In this document: in pieces, positions 51,202-59,296 of the stretch
Layout: each line of letters starts with the position of its first letter
Position numbering within the stretch: the stretch's first letter is position 1
Assembly: GCA_964599455.1 (NCBI GenBank)
Contig: CAZREA010000001.1
Coordinates: forward strand, 71,687 to 135,686
Direction of reading: 5' to 3'
DNA from: an uncultured Gammaproteobacteria bacterium
GTDB lineage: Bacteria > Patescibacteriota > Patescibacteriia > UBA9934
Length of the DNA stretch: 64,000 nt
The notes under the pieces: generated by a model
Databases searched by the model: none
What the model was told of the DNA's origin: nothing
Seen by the model: the letters and a program-made list of their open reading frames with translations, nothing else
Position numbers and translations under genes: made by a program

Positions 51202-51543
51202 TTACCGAGGTTCTCCAACGCCCATGTTCGGAACTCTGGGAGAATAGTGACTGTATGGGGATCGTTCTGTTCTATTTGGTTCAAGAAGTTCAAAATCGTA
51301 GGTGTGTTTCTGTTCAGTGTTCTTTCCGATGAGTCGGATCTTTCCTTCGGCATCGAAATCCTGCAAGATTGTGAGCTGTTCGCTTCGATCAAGGAAAATC
51401 GGCTCATAATCACCCTCGTCTTTCACCAAGTACGCAAAATACGAAGCCGTATTACTTCCAGCTTTTTGTGCGGCCTCGGTCAGATTTCCCCACACATACT
51501 TTCGTTTCTGTTCTTGTGACCATGGCCAGTCCCTCGCATCCAT
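51202..51543 (-). pseudogene. N-terminal fragment of a hypothetical gene joined out of frame to the recombinase remnant
   Basis: Plausible protein up to about ..FELLEPNRTE, then it reads through recombinase DNA in another frame. Confidence 0.5.
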
Positions 51544-51624
51544 AGTTGTGTAATAGTCATTTTCCTCCTCCTGAATATGATGTAGTATATAGTAACTAAT
51601 GGTAAGTCAGGAATCAAGACCGCT

Positions 51625-51813
51625 ATGGACATAAAAACGCTCCCCGACATTCTTACACTTGGTCAAGTGTGCGAGATCTTGAACGTGCATGCAAACACGC
51701 TCCGACAATGGGATGCAAAAGGTATTCTTCCCGCCATCAGATTCGGAGCAAGAGGCGATCGAAGGTACAAGAAACAGGACGTGCTCAAGTTACTGGATCA
51801 AAAGGGTGCTTGA
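51625..51813 (+). CDS. MerR-like HTH protein (excisionase/RDF or regulator)
   Basis: LTL.QVCEIL.VH.NTLR.WD.KG.L.AIR...GDRRY. Confidence 0.88.
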   Translation: MDIKTLPDILTLGQVCEILNVHANTLRQWDAKGILPAIRFGARGDRRYKKQDVLKLLDQKGA

Positions 51814-51825
51814 GCTCATCAAAAA

Positions 51826-52659
51826 ATGATTATGAATATCAAGCATTTTTACGAAAAATCACAAGGGGAGATAGTCGAGCTATTTCGTGATTTTATCGTG
51901 ACCGACATGTTCGAGCAGTATCCAAAGCTGAAAGACAAGATCAGCTTGATTATCACGGGATCCGTTCCTTCTGATCACTACGACCAATACAGCGACATCG
52001 ATTGCGAGTTCTTTTATGTAGAGGAGTCGGATCGGGAAACGATGAACGCAATAGTAAAGGAATACAAAAAGAGTATTCATGAGCGGAAGCTACCAATCCA
52101 GTTTCATCCCGCAAAGACGTTTGAGGAGCTTCGAAAAGAGCATCTCAATGGGTGGAAAAATGATGACGCCCTGCGGGAGTACTCGATTGCACTCGTGGTA
52201 CTTGATCCAGAAGATCGCTATAAGAAAATCGCATCGACGATTCAGTGGTATCCCGAAGATGTTTTGAGTGAAAAAATCAACTGGCTTTTTGCCGAGTCCA
52301 TTTTTCATTTTGAAGATAGATTCGTTATCGCCGCCAGACGAGAAAATGCTCTCTACGCACATTCTGTGCGCTCCCACATCATCAAGCTACTCGGTAACGC
52401 ATTACTCATGACGGGCGGGCATTGGCCTGTTTTTGAAAAGCATCTTTCGACCGAGCTGAATACGTACGGTGAAAAGGACTTTTGTCTTGCAGTGAGTGAT
52501 TTGTTGGTGACAACAGATTTGGGGGAGATGCAAGCGAAGCTGAAAAAAGTCATCGCCTTGGTCGAGGATCGTTTATTGCGAGATGGACGGATTGAAAATA
52601 AAGCATCCGAGCAATGGATTTTGTTACGACCGAAATATCAGGTCGAGCATTGTCGTTGA
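51826..52659 (+). CDS. Pol-beta-superfamily nucleotidyltransferase with helical C-terminal domain (DUF4037-like)
   Basis: ITGSV.....DQYSDID (GS..DxD), LDPE..Y and WYPE.V motifs. Confidence 0.8.
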   Translation: MIMNIKHFYEKSQGEIVELFRDFIVTDMFEQYPKLKDKISLIITGSVPSDHYDQYSDIDCEFFYVEESDRETMNAIVKEYKKSIHERKLPIQFHPAKTFEELRKEHLNGWKNDDALREYSIALVVLDPEDRYKKIASTIQWYPEDVLSEKINWLFAESIFHFEDRFVIAARRENALYAHSVRSHIIKLLGNALLMTGGHWPVFEKHLSTELNTYGEKDFCLAVSDLLVTTDLGEMQAKLKKVIALVEDRLLRDGRIENKASEQWILLRPKYQVEHCR

Positions 52660-52671
52660 GAAAAACCATCT

Positions 52672-53214
52672 ATGCATCCAGCTGAACCACAGAGCGAGTT
52701 ATTGCAGTGTTTCGATGAGCAGGGTCTTCCTACCGAAGTGCACACGAGAAGCGAAGTAAAAATGATGCCACCACGCTGGTGGTACGCCACGAGTAAAGTA
52801 TGGCTCGTGAACGATCACGGTGAACTCATGTGTTCGAAACGTGCGGAGGGTCTTTCTGGAAATCCAAATAAGTGGCAAACGTATTTCGGGGGTCATGTGG
52901 CGGCGGGACTCACGATCAAAGAGTCGGCGCAGAGAGAGCTTGAGGAAGAAGCGGGCGTTGTTCGGCCTCTTGAGGACTTTCATTTTATTGATCGTGGTCG
53001 AGATGACATAAAGAAGGTGCATTACGAGTTTTACGCCGTGCGTTTCAATGGTCAGCCATCGGATCTTCACTTTTCTGATAACGAGGTCACCGAAGCGAAA
53101 TGGATGAGCATGGAGAAATACTGGTCTGATCAAGCGGCAAATTCTGACCGTTGGTGCAACGGCTGTACGCCTGAACGACAACAGTTGATCTGTGATTGGT
53201 TGAAAGCCGTCTGA
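52672..53214 (+). CDS. NUDIX hydrolase (IDI-like subfamily)
   Basis: GGHVAAG.....SAQRELEEEAGV, D.EV.EAKW. Confidence 0.9.
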   Translation: MHPAEPQSELLQCFDEQGLPTEVHTRSEVKMMPPRWWYATSKVWLVNDHGELMCSKRAEGLSGNPNKWQTYFGGHVAAGLTIKESAQRELEEEAGVVRPLEDFHFIDRGRDDIKKVHYEFYAVRFNGQPSDLHFSDNEVTEAKWMSMEKYWSDQAANSDRWCNGCTPERQQLICDWLKAV

Positions 53215-53228
53215 TGGGCGGGGTATCT

Positions 53229-53705
53229 ATGCCTATTGTTTTCACAATACATCCCGCTTTGGAAACCGCTTCGTTGCCCAGCGTTAGCGAAGTGAGTTCG
53301 GTTGCGCTTATTGCGTTGAACCAGCATGGCGAAATACTAGTCACTCACCATAAAGAGCGAGGTTGGGATATTCTTGGTGGTCACGTCGAAAATGGGGAAA
53401 GTATTATTGAGGCGTTACAGCGTGAGGTACTCGAGGAGGCGGGGGCGACATTCGGAAAAGCGACCTTGATTGCAACAATCGCCTCTGATGCAACCGAGGA
53501 GAAATACCGTGGGAAATCGATGCTCATTTTTGTAACGAACGATTTTCAGCTGACCGAACAGTGGCGACCGTCTGATGATGTTTCGGATCGAGCGATTATC
53601 AGCGCTGACGAGATGCTCAAGGGATATCACGGTGATAAAGGCGGCATGATCGAGTTACTGAATCTGGCCGCAAGACGTTTGGGATTATCTGCAAGACATC
53701 TATGA
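53229..53705 (+). CDS. NUDIX hydrolase
   Basis: RGWDILGGHVENGE....ALQREVLEEAG. Alternative start at 53214. Confidence 0.9.
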   Translation: MPIVFTIHPALETASLPSVSEVSSVALIALNQHGEILVTHHKERGWDILGGHVENGESIIEALQREVLEEAGATFGKATLIATIASDATEEKYRGKSMLIFVTNDFQLTEQWRPSDDVSDRAIISADEMLKGYHGDKGGMIELLNLAARRLGLSARHL

Positions 53706-54484
53706 GCATATTCAACCCAGAACTGCGTGAAAACCGTGAATCAAAATGGGAGGAAAATCGATTCTCTCCCGACCTTCAGAAGAAGCTATTGAAGGCGCTT
53801 GATGATGGTAAGGATCGATTCCCTGATATTGTTCAGTGTCCCAACCAAACATGTGGAAACCCTTTGAAAATAGAGATGCAAAAGGATGCTATCTTGGTAC
53901 ATTGCACTAACTGTGGTTGGGAAAGCGTCGTGAGGAGGATTTCGGCATCGAGCTTACGGAAAGATCGTAAATATAGCATCGTGCCTTATCAGCCAAGTTG
54001 GGCGACTGACTTCGAAACTGTCAAAAAGCAGATCGCTCCAGTATTTGGTGATCGAGCCGTTGAGATAATGCATGTTGGAAGTACGGCGATCGTCGGCATG
54101 AGTGGGAAACCCACCATCGATGTACTTGTAATCGTAAACGCCATTACAGGGGTGGACGATTTGAACGGAGCGATGTCTGAACTGGGCTACATCGCACTTG
54201 GTGAATATGTCGCCCCGAATGGCCGACTATTTGCAAAGGAGGTGAATAACGAGCGCTTGGTCAACGTGCATTGTTTTGAGAAAGATCATCCGCATGCGCA
54301 AGAAATGATCGTGATGCGTGACTTCTTGCAAAGCCATCCCGACGAGGCAAAGGCATACGCCGATTTGAAGATCCGCCTGTACGAACAGTACCCTGACGAT
54401 TATCAGGCATACCGACATGTCAAAGATCCATATTTGGCAGAAATGAAAATACGAGCAATGGAATGGGGGCGTACCCATCGCTAA
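53702..54484 (+). CDS. Zn-ribbon-GrpB/UPF0157 nucleotidyltransferase-fold fusion
   Basis: N-terminal CPNQTC..CTNC, then HVGSTAI.GM.GKP.ID, RD.L..HP..A..Y..LK, Y...K. Confidence 0.88.
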   Translation: MSIFNPELRENRESKWEENRFSPDLQKKLLKALDDGKDRFPDIVQCPNQTCGNPLKIEMQKDAILVHCTNCGWESVVRRISASSLRKDRKYSIVPYQPSWATDFETVKKQIAPVFGDRAVEIMHVGSTAIVGMSGKPTIDVLVIVNAITGVDDLNGAMSELGYIALGEYVAPNGRLFAKEVNNERLVNVHCFEKDHPHAQEMIVMRDFLQSHPDEAKAYADLKIRLYEQYPDDYQAYRHVKDPYLAEMKIRAMEWGRTHR

Positions 54485-54640
54485 ACGCAATCTGCCACTG
54501 TGAGCTTGGGAATGTGAATGTACCCTTTGTGCTCACGAATAGCGGTTCCGATGTCGTTTGCGATGTGGAGCCAACAGGACTTGAACTAGAAATGGTTCAA
54601 GTTTTGTTTTACATTAGAAAAAAGATGGGTTCTGACCACT

Positions 54641-55318
54641 ATGGAAATCAATCATCAAAAAATATTAAAAGATTTCATCTCGCACCTAGATAAGTATATT
54701 GCGCTCCTTGAAAAAGGATCATCATCCACCATCGATATCCCCGATGACCTAGATGTAAAGCAAATTTACAGAATATTTCTTAGGAGATTTCGATCAAATC
54801 TTTACGCTTTATTATCACTCGAAGATCCTTTAATATTCGCCCTTCTGCAGCGGTATAATCATGAAATGTTATTAGATTTTTATTTTCTATGTTCTGATAA
54901 AGATGAAGAAAAGCGAGCGAAGAATTTCAAAAAGTTTTCATCATTTCCAAAAGAAATTCCAGAAGAAATAAAATCAAAAAAATGGAAAAAGTGGGGTGGT
55001 TACGATACATCTTATAAAGAGATATTCATGCCACCTTGGACTGGTAGTCAAGATTCTTTCGAAAATATTTATAAACATCTGAGCAATCTAGCTCATTCGA
55101 ATATTCTATCTATCACCCTCAACGTTCTTGATAATGACGCTAAAAGAAGCCGTAAAGTTATAACCGAAGCAATTTTTCTCTGTATTTTTGAGATAGCCAC
55201 ATGTCTCGATTACTATGGCTTTAGAATAATACTCGGCCCGAATGATTTAAATGATGATTTATATTCTGCTAATTTAGACTTTCAACACCAAGCAGGCCTC
55301 ATGCTAATCTCAGATTAG
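54641..55318 (+). CDS. AT-rich hypothetical protein (DUF5677/HEPN-like)
   Basis: Helical. LQR...E and Y..LS...H (YKHLSNLAHSN) motifs. Markedly AT-rich. Confidence 0.6.
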   Translation: MEINHQKILKDFISHLDKYIALLEKGSSSTIDIPDDLDVKQIYRIFLRRFRSNLYALLSLEDPLIFALLQRYNHEMLLDFYFLCSDKDEEKRAKNFKKFSSFPKEIPEEIKSKKWKKWGGYDTSYKEIFMPPWTGSQDSFENIYKHLSNLAHSNILSITLNVLDNDAKRSRKVITEAIFLCIFEIATCLDYYGFRIILGPNDLNDDLYSANLDFQHQAGLMLISD

Positions 55319-55349
55319 CTATCGAGGAATAATTCATAATCCATCCTTT

Positions 55350-55390
55350 CCAATCCACCATTCTGAACCCATCCAGTATTCGGAGCCACA
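55350..55390 (+). repeat. att-like junction 2
   Basis: CCAATCCACCATTCTGAACCCATCCAGTATTCGGAGCCACA. The antisense strand encodes WLRILDGFRMVDW, like the recombinase tail WLRIVDGFRTVNW. Confidence 0.85.
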
Positions 55391-55427
55391 GAAATCTCTC
55401 GCATTTCACGAGGGATTTTTGTATTTT
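55391..55427 (+). terminator. Terminator-like hairpin after att junction 2
   Basis: GAAATCTCTCG-CATTTCA-CGAGGGATTTT followed by TGTATTTT. Confidence 0.6.
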
Positions 55428-55520
55428 CAAGTCCCTCCCCGGGCGGGTACAGAACTTGATTTCCCTTAACCCCCAGAGCGATTTTTTAGGAGGTCGTACG
55501 AGCACCCGGGTCACATGGCA

Positions 55521-55559
55521 AAATGAGACAAATGAGACACAAAAACGGGGTGTGTCTCA
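55521..55559. promoter_or_regulatory. Direct plus inverted repeat (candidate operator/arm site)
   Basis: AAATGAGAC twice in tandem, and TGAGACACA-N9-TGTGTCTCA. Confidence 0.5.
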
Positions 55560-55581
55560 AGTTAAAATTAACCCAGATTTT

Positions 55582-56091
55582 ATGCGCACAAAACGCGAAC
55601 AGATCGAATCTTTCAAGGAACTTTGGAAGAAAGAGTACGACCAAGATTTAACCGACGATCAGGCGTTGGAGTATTCCGAGAATCTCCTGGGACTTTACCG
55701 AACTTTGCTCGACGTTCATGTAAGGATGGAACAGTGGAAGGAGCGGCTTATCAAAGAGCCCGATGGATTCGCGGTGACCAATCAGGGTACTTATTCGTGT
55801 GCCGTTTGTTCGCAGCACATGTTCAACGATGAGGGCTGGTATGACCAATTCGGCATTAAGTGCCCTGTTTGCCAGAAGGCCGTGAAGGAAGGCGTGATCC
55901 CCGGAGAAGTCGCCTGCAAGTCCGATACCTGGTTATCATCGGATGATCTCAAAAAGAAGTTCGGTTGGCACCATACGACTGTCGCCAAGAAAGTGCGGAA
56001 CGGCGAGCTCAAGGCGCGGCAGATCAAGAATGGCGAGCATCATTGGTTCTATGTGTTTTTGAAGGAAGAAAATCCGGACATTAGCCAATAG
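55582..56091 (+). CDS. Hypothetical Zn-finger plus C-terminal HTH protein
   Basis: CAVC..CPVC, then WLSSDDLKKKFGWHHTTVAKKVRNGELKAR (excisionase-like HTH). Confidence 0.75.
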   Translation: MRTKREQIESFKELWKKEYDQDLTDDQALEYSENLLGLYRTLLDVHVRMEQWKERLIKEPDGFAVTNQGTYSCAVCSQHMFNDEGWYDQFGIKCPVCQKAVKEGVIPGEVACKSDTWLSSDDLKKKFGWHHTTVAKKVRNGELKARQIKNGEHHWFYVFLKEENPDISQ

Positions 56092-57442
56092 GTACATTGA
56101 CACTGCCTTTTCCAACAAGCATTCCCGTAGAATTCTCAACTAAGTATGCCTCTACATAATGAGCGCCCGAATAAGAAGTCGTCTCCTTTTTGCGATACGA
56201 ACCTTGGTCACGAGTAATCTCTCCACGAAGTTGCCCCTTCGCGCGAGCCTCTTCGCCCGTGTTGCGCACCTTCCAATAAAGAGTATGACGCGATTTATCG
56301 ATATTTCTCGGTGGCTTCACGAAGAATTGAAGAGTGGCATTCTTCAACAGCATGTTACCGATCATTGAGAGTCGCTTTCCAAGAAACTTCATACGCTTGA
56401 TGTCTGCATCGACCACCAAAACAAGTAGAACAGGAGCGGTTCCACTGATGTAGTTCTCGATAAAGTCTTCTTGAACCGAGGGAAAACGAACAGCAACGGC
56501 GAATGGCGAAATAGACAGCAAGGGAGACGCTGCCTTTCCAATGACACACTCGTCGCCAAAGATGTCAATCATTTCGGCTTCAAAGTCCTCATCGCTGGAA
56601 GTCAGAGCATCAAGAATTCTTGATGAGTATCCATCAAATTTCTCTCGGAAATTTTCGTATTCCTCCTGTGTCCAGTGACGGGAGGTGAATTTCTCGCTCA
56701 TCAATGCTGGATTGTATACATCCGGCATGTCCTGGTTAGCCTGAAGATATCCGTTCAATCGTGAGAGGATGGTTTTACAAGTGGTTGCGAGATCCGCATA
56801 CAGGCGCTGGTCATCGGCATGATTAACCTGCAGGCCGAGTAATGTCGTTAATACTATAGACTTTACCTTGAATGTACCCTTGTAATCGCGAAGGTATTTT
56901 ACGAGACGAACTACTTTAGAGAGATTTCCGTTAGTGATTGCATTTTGTGAGGCAAACCACTCTGCATACCCGTCTCCATCCGTAGGTTCAGATTGGTTTG
57001 TATTCTTGTTAAAGATAACCTTCTGGGATCCAACCTGCACACAAGGGACGATATCGATATGAAAATCGCTTTCGTAATCCAGTGTTACGCAACGAGTCTT
57101 ACCTCGTCGGTCTACGATGTCGCGATAACGATCCATGCCGTAGAAAAAATCGTGTAGGTGCTTAAGGTAATCCTTCGGCTCCCACCCAGCGACTTCCTTC
57201 TGTATAAACAGCAGGTCAAGGTCGAAATCGTCATCTTCGGCAACAGGCCGAATGGCCGTGTCATTGCGAAATGACCCTTGCGGAACCAAATCGACGAAAA
57301 GATCCTTATAAGGATCGTTATTCTGAAGAAGGCCGGTGACAACCTCGATTCCTTTGTGAATGCGCTCAACGCGATTTTCATTCAGGGATACGCAGTCACT
57401 CACAAAGGATTCAAGACAGTCATTGATTTCTTTCTGTGCCAT
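56081..57442 (-). CDS. CBASS cyclic-oligonucleotide synthase (CD-NTase/SMODS) with C-terminal AGS-C domain
   Basis: PQGSF...TAIRP....DFDLD, RCVTL.Y...FHIDIVP, VRLVKYLRD, KS..LT.L, NP....E.F. C-terminal YWKVRNTG.EA...QLRGEI..E.T.Y.G.HYVEAY. Confidence 0.92.
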   Translation of the reverse strand: MAQKEINDCLESFVSDCVSLNENRVERIHKGIEVVTGLLQNNDPYKDLFVDLVPQGSFRNDTAIRPVAEDDDFDLDLLFIQKEVAGWEPKDYLKHLHDFFYGMDRYRDIVDRRGKTRCVTLDYESDFHIDIVPCVQVGSQKVIFNKNTNQSEPTDGDGYAEWFASQNAITNGNLSKVVRLVKYLRDYKGTFKVKSIVLTTLLGLQVNHADDQRLYADLATTCKTILSRLNGYLQANQDMPDVYNPALMSEKFTSRHWTQEEYENFREKFDGYSSRILDALTSSDEDFEAEMIDIFGDECVIGKAASPLLSISPFAVAVRFPSVQEDFIENYISGTAPVLLVLVVDADIKRMKFLGKRLSMIGNMLLKNATLQFFVKPPRNIDKSRHTLYWKVRNTGEEARAKGQLRGEITRDQGSYRKKETTSYSGAHYVEAYLVENSTGMLVGKGSVNVPIG

Positions 57443-57447
57443 ATAGA

Positions 57448-58590
57448 TTAGTTAAGAGTAATCGTTGGTCGGTATTCACCATCAACAAGATCGTGAATCA
57501 CCACTTTAGGAGCGACATCGCGAAGAAGCTCTCGACCGCAGATGATGGCGATCGGTGCAGGAACCGCGAGAAAGAAGTGCACTTTCTCAACATTTCTATG
57601 ACGTGATTCAAGCAGCGACAAAAATTCCTGGAAAGTGTTCCGGAAGTTTTCCAATGTCTTTGGTGAACGTAGGAGTGTTCTGCTCGGCGGCACATCAATT
57701 GGTTCGATCTGGTAGACGATTCCGCCACCCATCGATTTCTCGACCTTATCAACCTCACCTCCGCTGATTGAAGCAAGGAATGCTATTTTGTTGCCACTCT
57801 GTTTTCCGTGCTGGGAAATTTTAAACTTCACCTCAGCACCATCTTCCGGCCAGATCCATCCCTCACCGTCATCTCTATGCTTTTGATAAAGGCTGATCGG
57901 GACTTTGTCACCAAGGTGATAACCGAAGAAACAAAGAAGTGGAATGCGGGCAAGTGAAAACACAGAAAGACGCTCGATATCCCCGCGCTCGATTTGTGGC
58001 AGGATTTGCTCTTGCAGTACGGTCTTGATCTTAGCAGTACCCGCCTTCCAGTAATCCCTGTCGCCGGTATCCGCGATTTTTCCGAGGTCAATGTCGATTA
58101 TTCGCTGGTCGGTATAGCGTTTTTCATGCTTAAACACCGCCGGGTACACCTCACTGTCTGACATCTTTGTGAGATTTCCCCTGACTTGTCCCAACAAACG
58201 GATTACGTGCGTTTTCGCTGTTGCCGGAATACTTGTCAAAAGTGTCATGCGATCTTCGTGCTTCTGTTTCCACTCCCGAAGAAGATCGACTGGAAAATCG
58301 GGGACATGTTTCTTCTTATCTATAAGCGCATGATGCTTGGTGCACATCAGCATCAAGTTTTCCGGTTCAGACCGCTTTTTCATTGGCAGTGGGTGATCTC
58401 CTCGAGGTCCCTTGCGTGAATCTCCGACAATGTGCGCAATATTTCCAAGTCGTGCTTTTTTATGAGTCAGCGATTCAACCATGACCCCCTCGGGGCAGCC
58501 GTAAAACGAGCAGCGACCAGCGGCTGCAACGTATACTTCAAGAATGGTTGCCTCGGAAATCGCTGGCGCTTTTTCTTCTCTTTTTGCCAT
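57448..58590 (-). CDS. cap5: CBASS effector Cap5-like HNH-SAVED nuclease
   Basis: AAGRC...C, AHI...S..GPRG, NLMLMC..HH..ID (HNH). SAVED: VF.LA.IPLL...G..LG, YQ.HR...W.W, SISG, HFF.AVP....GR. Confidence 0.92.
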   Translation of the reverse strand: MAKREEKAPAISEATILEVYVAAAGRCSFYGCPEGVMVESLTHKKARLGNIAHIVGDSRKGPRGDHPLPMKKRSEPENLMLMCTKHHALIDKKKHVPDFPVDLLREWKQKHEDRMTLLTSIPATAKTHVIRLLGQVRGNLTKMSDSEVYPAVFKHEKRYTDQRIIDIDLGKIADTGDRDYWKAGTAKIKTVLQEQILPQIERGDIERLSVFSLARIPLLCFFGYHLGDKVPISLYQKHRDDGEGWIWPEDGAEVKFKISQHGKQSGNKIAFLASISGGEVDKVEKSMGGGIVYQIEPIDVPPSRTLLRSPKTLENFRNTFQEFLSLLESRHRNVEKVHFFLAVPAPIAIICGRELLRDVAPKVVIHDLVDGEYRPTITLN

Positions 58591-58591
58591 A

Positions 58592-59239
58592 CTAACTCCA
58601 GTTCACGGTCGGTTTTTTAAGAACGAACTTTACCTCACCTGCCACGAAGAATTTATCGGAGTCTTCCGGATGAAGAAAGATTGGCGGGTTAGGTTCTGTG
58701 GATTCCGAGAGAAGCGCGATCTCCCCCGTCTGGTCGTTCTTGGAGAATCGCTTGATGTTCGCCAGACCTTCGAGCACAGCGACGATGTAGGAACCCGACT
58801 CCGGATTGCGCTTGGTGGAGTCGATGATGACGTAGTCGCCGTCCTCGATGCTGTTCTTGCGATCTCCCGCCTTTGCAGCGTTCATGGAGTTGCCGCTTGC
58901 GCGAAGGGCGAACAGCTTCTTTCCCGGATGGACGAGCTTCGCTGAGACCTGAAGGAAGCCTTCCACCACGTCTTCCGCGTACAGACTTGCGGGACCGCAG
59001 TTTGCGGCACCAAGGATCGGGATGGAGTTCAGAGAAAGATTGTCACCGCGGTCATCAAGTGCAGTCACGACACCGCCCTCTCCCTTTTTAAGATGCCCCG
59101 ACGCGTAAAGCTGGGAAAGGTGATAGCTCACGCCGCTTGGGTTCTTGATACCAACGGCGTCCCCAATCTGCTGGAGGGACATATCGCCCAAGTTCCGGCT
59201 ACGGGCGAGGGCAAGAAGTTTGCGTTTTGTCTCATGCAT
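58592..59239 (-). CDS. LexA/CI-like S24 autocleaving repressor
   Basis: N-terminal wHTH (SL.QIG..VG......V.YHL.QL...G), IPILG.ANCG cleavage region, GNSM catalytic Ser, IKR catalytic Lys. Confidence 0.92.
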   Translation of the reverse strand: MHETKRKLLALARSRNLGDMSLQQIGDAVGIKNPSGVSYHLSQLYASGHLKKGEGGVVTALDDRGDNLSLNSIPILGAANCGPASLYAEDVVEGFLQVSAKLVHPGKKLFALRASGNSMNAAKAGDRKNSIEDGDYVIIDSTKRNPESGSYIVAVLEGLANIKRFSKNDQTGEIALLSESTEPNPPIFLHPEDSDKFFVAGEVKFVLKKPTVNWS

Positions 59240-59296
59240 ACGGGTAAATACTAGCTTGCTTTGCAAATCCTTTCAAGTCCTGTAATATTGCGGTAT

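Larger units (their letters stand above)
50613..51255 (-). pseudogene. C-terminal remnant of a large serine recombinase/integrase
   Basis: TILPEFR.WALE..coiled coil..DNLT.MR.R.LIDD.EY..WLEL..F.FA.YA..F..GD..KKEI..LGSNP..RLEP..WLR resembles the tail of CPR-type serine recombinases. No catalytic or recombinase domain upstream. The 5' boundary is approximate. Confidence 0.75.

Noticed and set aside
50613-51413. 266-aa ORF as an intact protein
   Set aside because: The first ~50 residues are an alternative frame of the upstream gene fragment. Treated as a truncated recombinase.
51625-55318. Classical integron cassette array
   Set aside because: The genes abut or overlap with no room for attC sites, and there is no IntI-type tyrosine recombinase.
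55299-55514. 71-aa minus-strand ORF as a real gene
   Set aside because: It spans a terminator and att junction 2. Only its last part resembles the recombinase tail, so it is better read as an att arm.
59240-59296. Canonical SOS box between the repressor and the divergent gene
   Set aside because: I found no match to CTGT-N8-ACAG or GAAC-N4-GTTC. Only weak symmetry (GCTTGC/TTGCAA) is visible, so no operator is called.
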